From IMG/VR virus record IMGVR_UViG_3300045988_156365: 39,427 nucleotides of DNA. One strand, given 5' to 3'. This DNA is from a virus. This document shows positions 33,297 to 39,427 of the stretch, one piece after another. How positions within the stretch are numbered: the stretch's first letter is position 1; every line of letters begins with the position of its first letter. The notes under the pieces were generated by a model, which did not search any database, had not been told where the DNA came from, and was given only the letters and a program-made list of their open reading frames with translations. The position numbers and the translations under genes are program-made.

Positions 33297-34210
33297 AAGT
33301 AGTTATCAATGGCTCCGAAGCCGATTATCCCTACATTTTTGTGAACGGAGTACGAATGCACGCGACCTTTATTGCCCGCCCGGCCAACCCGCGGGTAGAC
33401 ATGGGGCGCCGAATCATCATCGAGCCAGCGCTTCCGGAAGGTGGCAACATCCTGCTTACTGCGGACTACCTCGACTTCGAAATCAACGAGGTAGTCATCT
33501 CCGACAACCCGTCGGCCTACACTCCCGCCGACGTTTTGAGATTCCTCAACGAAGGGCATGAATCCCCTACTGACGATGATTTCCCGGGCATCGGATCGGG
33601 TCTCTATTCCGGCGGGGGGGGGTCTCCTGAAATTCCCGACGGGTCGATCACCACAGCCAAGCTGGCCGACAATGCCGTGACTTCGGCTAAGATCAAACCC
33701 TCTGCTGTAGGCACGTCGCAACTGGCCATTGGCGCTGTATCCGGCGACATCATTCAAAAAAATACAATCGTGGCGTCGAAGCTTGCGGATGGATGCGTAG
33801 GCGCCGCAGCCATCGCTGACGGGGCTGTCACCGGTGATAAAATCGCCAATGCGGCCGTTACGGTCGACAAGATCGCCGACGATAGCGTAAATTCGGATAA
33901 AATCGTCGACGGAGCTATCAATGTCAATAAGATAGCCGCAAATAGCGTTGGCAACGGGCAGATATTGGACGGTGCCATTACGGCGTCGAAGATCGGAACA
34001 GCGGAAGTCAGCACGGCTGCGCTGGCTCCCCTTGCAGTAACCACGGATAAAATTGCGGACGGCGCAGTGACGACGGATAAACTCGCAACATCTTCCGTCG
34101 CCACCGAAAAGCTACAAGACCTGTGTGTCACGACGCCCAAAATCGCGGATCAGGCTGTCGACACTACCAAGCTGAATACCGGAGGCGATCCGGGGGGCAG
34201 TGTAGAGTGA
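33293..34210 (+). CDS. tail fibre protein 2 with decapeptide repeats
   Basis: 305 aa. An N-terminal ~105-aa domain is followed by a GGGG linker encoded by a G9 tract, then ~18 repeats of VTxxKIADxA (about nt 33640-34178). Confidence 0.65.
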   Translation: MKVVINGSEADYPYIFVNGVRMHATFIARPANPRVDMGRRIIIEPALPEGGNILLTADYLDFEINEVVISDNPSAYTPADVLRFLNEGHESPTDDDFPGIGSGLYSGGGGSPEIPDGSITTAKLADNAVTSAKIKPSAVGTSQLAIGAVSGDIIQKNTIVASKLADGCVGAAAIADGAVTGDKIANAAVTVDKIADDSVNSDKIVDGAINVNKIAANSVGNGQILDGAITASKIGTAEVSTAALAPLAVTTDKIADGAVTTDKLATSSVATEKLQDLCVTTPKIADQAVDTTKLNTGGDPGGSVE

Positions 34211-34228
34211 TGTAGGTACGGACAAGAA

Positions 34229-34253
34229 AACAGGCGCTTTATCGGCGCCTGTT
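34229..34253. terminator. shared bidirectional hairpin where the two arms converge
   Basis: AACAGGCGC-tttatcg-GCGCCTGTT, with an A-run upstream and cttgttt downstream. Confidence 0.6.
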
Positions 34254-34343
34254 CTTGTTTGGCGGGTCTATCCCTCGCCCAGCGATCCCGAACACCAGCA
34301 TAATAATCCCGGCCACAAAGAAGAGTACGCACGCACTGCTCAT
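34239..34343 (-). CDS. 34-aa single-pass membrane peptide (below ORF-track cutoff)
   Basis: Hand translation gives MSSACVLFFVAGIIMLVFGIAGRGIDPPNKNRRR*. The ATG lies 2 nt after the stop of 34346..34888, and the stop lies in the terminator loop. Confidence 0.4.
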   Translation of the reverse strand: MSSACVLFFVAGIIMLVFGIAGRGIDPPNKNRRR

Positions 34344-34345
34344 GA

Positions 34346-34888
34346 CTATGCTTTTATTTCAAGGTGGAACGCAGGCTCGCTCAGGTCATACGAAAACTTG
34401 GGGTTTTTGCCGGGAATAGATATGGGCGAAATCACTTTGACGACGCGCGGCTCGTCGAGTGCTGCGGCCAAGAACTCCGCGGGTTTCTCCATCGTCATAC
34501 TCACGTCCAGCACATTCACCTTGCGATACTCCTCGGCGCTCACGCAGTGCTTGGACACCCGTTCGCCCTTTTCGCTAAGCCGACTGATAAGTTTGGACAT
34601 CTCGTCGATGGTCTCCTCTTTGTCCATGCCCTGATCCTGGCAGTCGTCGAACAGTGCGGTCACCTTTCTGCCGGGTTCCCGGTAGCGGATGCGCTTTCCG
34701 GCGACCAGGTTGTTGTACATGGCCATCGCCTGCCGATAAGGGTTGCGCCACGTGGAGGTGATGGTCACCTTCGGGTTGTCGCTCTTCTCGGCTATGGATT
34801 CGAGCAGGTCGATGACCGATGAAGCTACCATGTCCTTGCACTCTTTCAAGAGCGACGAGGAGAATACTACTCGTTTTGTTGTTCCCAT
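34346..34888 (-). CDS. possible peptidase M15-like cell-wall hydrolase (endolysin candidate)
   Basis: 180 aa. ITSTWRNPYRQA, SKH...NVLDVS and the C-terminal AFHLEI loosely parallel the R / H..D / H blocks of T5-type L-Ala-D-Glu peptidases. The H-to-D spacing is atypical. Confidence 0.4.
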   Translation of the reverse strand: MGTTKRVVFSSSLLKECKDMVASSVIDLLESIAEKSDNPKVTITSTWRNPYRQAMAMYNNLVAGKRIRYREPGRKVTALFDDCQDQGMDKEETIDEMSKLISRLSEKGERVSKHCVSAEEYRKVNVLDVSMTMEKPAEFLAAALDEPRVVKVISPISIPGKNPKFSYDLSEPAFHLEIKA

Positions 34889-35229
34889 GTTGTGTCTGCT
34901 AATGATTTGATATTGAATGATATAAACTCACATCCCTTGGGTACTATGTACTTGCGTATATGCGCTTTGTAGATTAATTTGTCGTTGAATTGATACCTTT
35001 CTTGCAGCGCATCCTGGAACGGTTTTACCGCGTTGTCGTAGTCGCACTGAGTGTTGGAGAATCCGAACTCATACCACACCTCGAACGGAGGAGACGGCAA
35101 TTCTATGTCCGGGAGTTTTAAGAGGCATTCTGCGCGGAAGGCATCGTGCTCGCTGGTTTTGAATCGGCGCCCTTTGTATGCCCTATTTACCGTCAGCGGC
35201 TTGACCTGTATTGACACTTTGCTGTTCAT
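34867..35229 (-). CDS. rusA: RusA-family Holliday junction resolvase
   Basis: 120 aa. CDYDNAVKPFQDALQERYQFNDKLIYKAHIRKYIV fits the RusA D.DN..K...DAL....DD..I pattern. Confidence 0.75.
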   Translation of the reverse strand: MNSKVSIQVKPLTVNRAYKGRRFKTSEHDAFRAECLLKLPDIELPSPPFEVWYEFGFSNTQCDYDNAVKPFQDALQERYQFNDKLIYKAHIRKYIVPKGCEFISFNIKSLADTTWEQQNE

Positions 35230-35404
35230 GGTATATGCAAATCTTTTCGGTGTTTATATGCGTCACCATGCCCGTCTTGGGGCAAATATGGTGCATATTC
35301 TCTTCGGCCGACAGGTATTTGCAGGACTTGCATGTTACCTTTGGCCGATCTCCGAATCCTTCGATATTCGGTTTTGCTGGCTTTTTCGGCGTCCTCAGCT
35401 TCAT
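35183..35404 (-). CDS. small Cys/His-rich (zinc-ribbon-like) protein
   Basis: Start moved from the TTG at 35413 to ATG 35404, which overlaps the upstream TGA as ATGA. Contains CKSCKY...HHICP...CIYH. Confidence 0.45.
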   Translation of the reverse strand: MKLRTPKKPAKPNIEGFGDRPKVTCKSCKYLSAEENMHHICPKTGMVTHINTEKICIYHEQQSVNTGQAADGK

Positions 35405-35964
35405 TTCCTCCAAATATTAAACCCTCCGCGCACCTCTCCGTACGGGACGTCATCGAAGGGGTTGTACCCTACGGTTCCCTCGATGCTGAACCGCCCCTTG
35501 TTGTATCGCACGCGCGCGCCCATAAACTGATTGTTCCATCCGGGGGCAACCTGCGCGGCCACTACTATCCCCCCTTCCCATGTAGGCGGCATGATCGTCG
35601 TGGTGTGATGGGTCTGCGTTATGATCTTGGTTGGCACGAACAGGTCTATACTTTCGAGCATGGGCTTATACCCGGACACCGTTGCGCGGTAGTTCTCGGT
35701 CTGAAATGTCTTGAGCTCGAACGGAAGCGTTACAGCCACTTTAACCGTGTCGCCGGGCAGATATACCATCACCGTGTCGATCCTCGAAATTTGATGCGTA
35801 TTTGTTATAATGACAGTATCTCTTACATACTCCCTTATGACCACCGTATCGACGCGGCATTCGATCTCCGGTTTCGATAGGGTGGAACAAAGCCATGACC
35901 GCAGGCTATAAAGTGCGATCATGGCTATGATTACCCCGATGATGGCCGACGTTAGCCTGTTCAT
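35401..35964 (-). CDS. N-terminally membrane-anchored beta-rich protein (possible lysis accessory / spanin-like)
   Basis: 187 aa with a TM helix IIGVIIAMIALYSL. It follows a holin-like gene. Confidence 0.5.
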   Translation of the reverse strand: MNRLTSAIIGVIIAMIALYSLRSWLCSTLSKPEIECRVDTVVIREYVRDTVIITNTHQISRIDTVMVYLPGDTVKVAVTLPFELKTFQTENYRATVSGYKPMLESIDLFVPTKIITQTHHTTTIMPPTWEGGIVVAAQVAPGWNNQFMGARVRYNKGRFSIEGTVGYNPFDDVPYGEVRGGFNIWRK

Positions 35965-35967
35965 CTC

Positions 35968-36153
35968 CTATGCGTCGATCTCTTTGTCGACGATGGTGCC
36001 GTACCACGAGCGTAAAAACCATCCCGATACTACCCCCGCGAGGAATCCGATGGTTCCGGCGCTTCGAATGCTGCCCGGCAGGAAGTTGAACACAATGATG
36101 GCTACCACGGCTACCGCAGCAGCTATCAACCCGATTTTCAGTTTGTTGTCCAT
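35968..36153 (-). CDS. 61-aa two-TM membrane protein (holin-like)
   Basis: Helices IGLIAAAVAVVAIIVFNFL and TIGFLAGVVSGWFL, with a charged C-terminus. Confidence 0.5.
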   Translation of the reverse strand: MDNKLKIGLIAAAVAVVAIIVFNFLPGSIRSAGTIGFLAGVVSGWFLRSWYGTIVDKEIDA

Positions 36154-36164
36154 TTTATATAAAG

Positions 36165-36629
36165 TTAAAATTCAGGTATTCTCGGTATAGCGGGCGTCCA
36201 GTTGGATATGATTCCGTCGAAAAACAGAATCCAGTACCGAATCTCGCTCGTGATATTCAGCACGTCGTTCTCGGTGGTAGGGTCGAACACTTTTGCATCA
36301 ACCCCTCCATGAAGCATTGCGACGATTTCGTTTAGGTCGTCCCGCATTTCGCGCGCGATGGTCAGAGCATCGGGGATCGTAAGCGCCTCCTCGATCTGAG
36401 ACGAATCCACGAACTGCGTCATCGTATGCAGCGGAATGCCATCCAGCACGCGGATGGTCTCGGCCATCTTGTCGGCGCCTTTCCGGAGCGTGGCCGCAGT
36501 ATCGTCCAGCAGCAGGTGCAGGGATCGGAAGGGCGTGCCGTATACCATCCAATGACGCCCTTTGGCGTTCGAGTAGGCTACTTCGAGGGTGGCCAACAGC
36601 TCATTCAGAATAGAAGTCTGATTTTTCAT
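36165..36629 (-). CDS. dps: Dps-family ferritin-like protein
   Basis: ILNELLATLEVAYSNAKGRHWMVYGTPFRSLHLLLDDTAATLRKGADKMAETIRVLDGIP aligns with the Dps signature LN..lA......Y.k...fHW.V.G..F..LH..f.e......D..AErI..lGG.P. Ferroxidase H, H, D and E positions are all present. Confidence 0.8.
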   Translation of the reverse strand: MKNQTSILNELLATLEVAYSNAKGRHWMVYGTPFRSLHLLLDDTAATLRKGADKMAETIRVLDGIPLHTMTQFVDSSQIEEALTIPDALTIAREMRDDLNEIVAMLHGGVDAKVFDPTTENDVLNITSEIRYWILFFDGIISNWTPAIPRIPEF

Positions 36630-36819
36630 CTTTCTGTTTGTGTATTATGGGTTTTATGGCGTCCGGATTGTTTGCGATGAAAACGACCTGTTCGTTTAGC
36701 GCATACTCATCCACCTTGTCGTAAAATTTGTATATTTGGTTCTTATGGTCAACACACTGGAAACGGAGGGCGTCGACCTCGGCCACTTTGCCGGAACGCA
36801 GATACACCAAGTGTTTCAT
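36601..36819 (-). CDS. hypothetical protein
   Basis: Start taken at ATG 36819 (MKHLVYLRSG...), just after the upstream stop. Alternatives lie at 36834 and 36864. Confidence 0.5.
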   Translation of the reverse strand: MKHLVYLRSGKVAEVDALRFQCVDHKNQIYKFYDKVDEYALNEQVVFIANNPDAIKPIIHKQKDEKSDFYSE

Positions 36820-36823
36820 GGCT

Positions 36824-37114
36824 TTATGGTTCATTATCGGGTTCGGGGTTTTGCTTGGCATCATCCTGCCATCTGTACGACGGTCGCAGCATTCTCCCAT
36901 TTCCTATAAAGGTAGGTTTGCCTCGCTCCCCTACTTCCGGTTTGGGCTGGTAAAGATATACGGTATGCGTGTGCCCGAATTTGTCTATTTTTTTGAGCGG
37001 CGCGATGCAAAGTTTAACCTTGGCTCCCAACTCTCCGTTATTGCGAACAAACTCTTCTATCACGTCAATAGGTATCTTTTTCAGGTCTATTTCGGCATAT
37101 AAGATTCCCGCCAT
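36824..37114 (-). CDS. hypothetical protein
   Basis: 96-aa ORF with an ATG start. Confidence 0.6.
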   Translation of the reverse strand: MAGILYAEIDLKKIPIDVIEEFVRNNGELGAKVKLCIAPLKKIDKFGHTHTVYLYQPKPEVGERGKPTFIGNGRMLRPSYRWQDDAKQNPEPDNEP

Positions 37115-37407
37115 GATTCAATCTCCAATTTCGCCTCGTGTTCAAACTTCGATATTATTTTGCTGTACGCCTTTATCTCCTTCATATCCTCAAACTTGCG
37201 GATATGGTAGTATGAATTCCGGCTCGTGCAGTTCAGGTAGTTGGACAGCTTCACCCCGTTCATGAGCTTGTGGGAGTACATGATATGGATGAATACCGTT
37301 CGGGCATCCGTAACCCTTTGGCGCCGACAGGGTGCCTGTATCTCCTCCAGCGATACGCCAAAGTGGCGTTCGAGCAGCATCCCTATTTTCGATAAAATAA
37401 TTTCCAT
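37087..37407 (-). CDS. DnaA domain IV-like helix-turn-helix protein
   Basis: ERHFGVSLEEIQAPCRRQRVTDARTVFIHIMYS...SRNSYYHIRKFEDM parallels DnaA_C (f.v...dl.s..R.....aR...my........l..IG..fg.rdHsTV.h...k.e). The start is uncertain (37407 or 37380). Confidence 0.6.
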   Translation of the reverse strand: MEIILSKIGMLLERHFGVSLEEIQAPCRRQRVTDARTVFIHIMYSHKLMNGVKLSNYLNCTSRNSYYHIRKFEDMKEIKAYSKIISKFEHEAKLEIESWRESYMPK

Positions 37408-37452
37408 GCAGTAAATATAGTAAATTATTTTATCATACAATCCCGATCCGCT

Positions 37453-37551
37453 CTATTTTTTCTTGTCCAGATCTTCAAGGACGGCATCAGCGTATGATAC
37501 GGCATCGGCTGCTACGGCTTCGAATACTGTAAGGTTCTCATTTTTCTGCAT
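37453..37551 (-). CDS. possible 32-aa acidic peptide (below ORF-track cutoff)
   Basis: Hand translation gives MQKNENLTVFEAVAADAVSYADAVLEDLDKKK*. It fills the 37441-37577 gap. Confidence 0.3.
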   Translation of the reverse strand: MQKNENLTVFEAVAADAVSYADAVLEDLDKKK

Positions 37552-37577
37552 TTTATCTTGATTTTGCGAGAATCTCG

Positions 37578-38180
37578 CTATTTCAACAATTCAAATTCGT
37601 AAACCACCACCCACGGGTTCCGATCCCACGTTCCACGGCCGGACACCTTGTCGATTAGTGCGGCGAAGGCCTTGCGGGGAGTGTCAAATTCAACGGCTGT
37701 TCCCTTTTTCTCGTCGACAAACCCATACGTGGTGGTATCTGTGGATTCGTACCACGATTCGATAATGCCCTCGCGAAAACAGTCATCGTGCGAAATGCTC
37801 TGCAACTGCTCGCACTTGATTCCGGTGATGCGGATTTGGTGGGGCATCAAATCGGCTCGCACAAACAGTTTGTTTCGCCAGCCAGGTGTTCTATCCGCGC
37901 CATATACAGGAATGTCACATCTTGGCGAAAACGCATGGTAATAACTTTGCGCCACGGCCACGACCTCGCCGACCTTGTAGCGGCATTTATGGCGAAAAAT
38001 TTCAATTCCTTGACAGCACATTACGATACAGCCAGTGGCTTCCTCATAGGTGAAGTCTTCGGCCGAGGTCGCAGCCCGTTGAAATTGTTCACCTCCCTCG
38101 ATGCGGCGCGTATTGTTTTTTATATAGTCAATGACCGCATCCGTCAGTCCATAGCGGTCGTTAAACATTATCTTCTGCAT
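37578..38180 (-). CDS. ASCH/PUA-like domain protein
   Basis: 200 aa. GEVVAVAQ, WRNKLFVRADLMPHQIRITGIKCEQLQSISHDDCFREGI and NPWVVVYEFEL fit the phage ASCH family pattern as recalled from memory. Confidence 0.55.
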   Translation of the reverse strand: MQKIMFNDRYGLTDAVIDYIKNNTRRIEGGEQFQRAATSAEDFTYEEATGCIVMCCQGIEIFRHKCRYKVGEVVAVAQSYYHAFSPRCDIPVYGADRTPGWRNKLFVRADLMPHQIRITGIKCEQLQSISHDDCFREGIIESWYESTDTTTYGFVDEKKGTAVEFDTPRKAFAALIDKVSGRGTWDRNPWVVVYEFELLK

Positions 38181-38182
38181 GG

Positions 38183-38551
38183 TTATTCAGTTTTAAGTAA
38201 TTCTGGGGTGTCGTGGATATTACCTATTTTCGTAAATGAACAACACCAAATTTCCTCAGGTTCATTGTTCGCATCTACAAAACAGAACATCCGATCTCGA
38301 TAGGCAATTACGCTACGCCTATTGATTTTCATGAGATTTTCCCATTCTACTATATCTCCCTCCCAAACATCCGTGCCGTTATTGTCTTTCAGCCCAATAT
38401 ACTCGCCGACGGTAGTGGGATCAACTTCATATAATCCTGTAAAGGTCTTGATAAATATCCGGCCTGCGTCTGCGCCGTAGCAATGAATCAGGTCTCCATA
38501 AACCCACTTGTCGTTATCTATACGCTTGCCTCTGAATTTACTCTCTCGCAT
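38183..38551 (-). CDS. YopX-family protein
   Basis: KFRGK...KWVYGDL, IGLKDNNGTDVWEGDIVEW and KIGNIHDTPELL. Confidence 0.85.
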   Translation of the reverse strand: MRESKFRGKRIDNDKWVYGDLIHCYGADAGRIFIKTFTGLYEVDPTTVGEYIGLKDNNGTDVWEGDIVEWENLMKINRRSVIAYRDRMFCFVDANNEPEEIWCCSFTKIGNIHDTPELLKTE

Positions 38552-38553
38552 AA

Positions 38554-38969
38554 CTATTCTTGTTTGAGGTTGTTAATTCTGTCGATCTCGACTTTCAAAT
38601 TCATCTCTGCGCAGCGCACATCCCGTTGCAATTCCTCCAGCCGAGCTATCTGCTCCTCGTCCATCCGCGGGCATCCCCGCAGCCAGCTGTCGTAGTTCGG
38701 GGTTTGCAGTTAGCCGTTGGCAATAGACCCTACACGCAGGCAGTAGTCGTAATATTTGACATACTCCTCCTCCGGAGCGTCCCGGTCGATGTCCGTCAGT
38801 ATATCCGCCATACTCACGAATAGATCGCCAACTTCTGCAATTCCTCCGGGGTCGTCGCCTACCCACGCATCCGGCTCATAATCGTAGCCGTGCTTTTCGC
38901 AGAAAGCGGCCAGATAGGCGTTGCAAACCGCGTTGTAACTTAGTCTCAGTCCTCGCGTGTAAGTTTCAT
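38554..38969 (-). pseudogene. disrupted conserved phage gene (one frameshift plus one in-frame TAA), or sequence errors
   Basis: ATG 38969: MKLTRED then TGA. The adjacent frame continues LRLSYNAVCNAYLAAFCEKHGYDYEPDAWVGDDPGGIAEVGDLFVSMADILTDIDRDAPEEEYVKYYDYCLRVGSIANG, then TAA (38712..38710), then LQTPNYDSWLRGCPRMDEEQIARLEELQRD...NNLKQE. The stop is 2 nt before the YopX ATG. The long coding-like frame has no start codon of its own. Confidence 0.55.
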
Positions 38970-39098
38970 TAAAATCGTCTCAACGTGGTCAGGCATATCA
39001 CTGTAAGGTTGTTTATGCACCCGTCGATAAATTCCCTTGCTCATGGTTAGGATGTTTTAGTGTAACGCCCACGTCTTGTGCATGGTGGCGATCAGGTT

Positions 39099-39427
39099 TA
39101 TATACCCTTTGTATTCCTCCATCTGCTCGAGACTATAGCCTTCGGCCTCGCCAATTTTTCGGAAATGCTTCTGCCATTCGGAAATGGTGTAGCGTTTGCA
39201 TCCTATTTGAATAACATCCTCACCCCAATAGGATACTGTATGACGAGATGCGCTGATAAATAGCGATTTCGGGACATCGCACCCGTCGCCCAGTTTGCAC
39301 CCGTCGCCCAGTTTGCACCCGTAGCCCAGTTTGCACCCGTCGCCCAGGTCGCACCCGTCGCCCAGTTTGCATCCGTCGCCCAGTTTGCACCCGTAGCCCA
39401 GTTTGCACCCGTCGCCCAGGTCGCACC
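39099..39427 (-). CDS. 3' part of the hexapeptide-repeat protein gene (continues from nt 1)
   Basis: In the KLGDGC frame, 8 repeat units are followed by [59 protein letters not shown]. The track ORF 39220..39426 (RRVQTG) is the wrong frame. The joined gene is ~146 aa with 9 repeats. Confidence 0.7.
39279..39427. repeat. 18-nt tandem repeat, 8.3 units, with a 72-nt higher-order period
   Basis: Units start at 39279, 39297, 39315, 39333, 39351, 39369, 39387 and 39405, with a partial unit at 39423. The variants (C/A at position 9, TTT/GTC at the end, one C>T) recur every fourth unit. Confidence 0.95.

Noticed and set aside
34150-34332. A 60-aa minus-strand track ORF spanning the end of tail fibre 2 and the convergent terminator.
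   Set aside because: It overlaps the fibre gene antisense and runs through the hairpin. The adjacent 34-aa TM peptide (34239..34343) in another frame is a better reading of this interval.
38710-38712. Genome-wide TAA stop-codon reassignment or readthrough as the reason for the in-frame TAA.
   Set aside because: Essential genes terminate with TAA, for example the capsid fusion at 20387-20389 and the tape measure at 25465-25467. No other gene needs TAA, TAG or TGA to be read through. A local nonsense lesion or sequence error is more parsimonious.
38573-38866. A 97-aa Arg-rich minus-strand track ORF, and the 87-aa plus-strand ORF 38560..38823.
   Set aside because: Both are off-frame or antisense to the clearly protein-like, though interrupted, frame described under 38554..38969.
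39220-39426. Track ORF (68 aa, RRVQTG repeats) on the minus strand over the 18-nt array.
   Set aside because: It is in the wrong frame. The KLGDGC frame is the one that connects to an ATG at 153 across the junction, to a protein-like C-terminal domain, and to a stop at 39099.
39279-39427. A CRISPR array as an explanation for the regular short repeats at both window ends.
   Set aside because: The 18-nt units are contiguous with no spacers, are in phase with a reading frame, and encode a hexapeptide repeat. There are no cas genes.

Overview
The window reads as one complete, circularly permuted ~39.4-kb genome of a contractile-tailed dsDNA phage. The last 41 nt repeat the first 41 nt, and a gene runs across that junction. 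Two divergent transcription arms leave a ~0.75-kb non-coding spacer at 10.17-10.88 kb. The leftward arm runs 10070 -> 1 and continues 39427 -> 34239. It carries promoter-proximal small genes and paralog pairs, a RecT/YqaJ recombination pair, an HNH endonuclease, a DUF6291-like replication protein, Dam methylase, a hexapeptide-repeat protein, YopX, ASCH, a DnaA-domain-IV-like HTH, Dps, RusA and lysis-like genes. The rightward arm runs 10949 -> 34210. It carries small genes, terminase, portal, a protease-scaffold-capsid fusion, sheath, tube, a G/GT chaperone with a -1 frameshift, tape measure, a Mu/P2-type baseplate, and two decapeptide-repeat tail fibres with a holin between them. The arms converge on one shared hairpin at 34229-34253. 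Bacteroides-type promoter boxes (TTTG, ~20 bp, TAnnTTTG) and few obvious Shine-Dalgarno motifs suggest a Bacteroidota host; this is inference. I saw no integrase, repressor, tRNA, rRNA or CRISPR array. The least ordinary signals are these. (1) Five homopolymer tracts of exactly nine G on the local coding strand. One sits where a 1-nt slip would fuse two baseplate genes, one would truncate tail fibre 2, two lie in the HNH gene, and one lies just upstream of the rightward promoter. (2) A ~475-bp G-dominated polypurine, G-quadruplex-dense region at the point where the two arms diverge. (3) A junction-spanning gene built from near-perfect 18-nt repeats encoding xLGDGC hexapeptides. It is followed by a ~0.5-kb stretch with a frameshifted, nonsense-interrupted gene. 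(4) Phage-encoded Dps and a membrane-anchored RuvA-domain-III-like protein. All functional calls rest on motifs recognised by eye and on gene order. No database search was possible.
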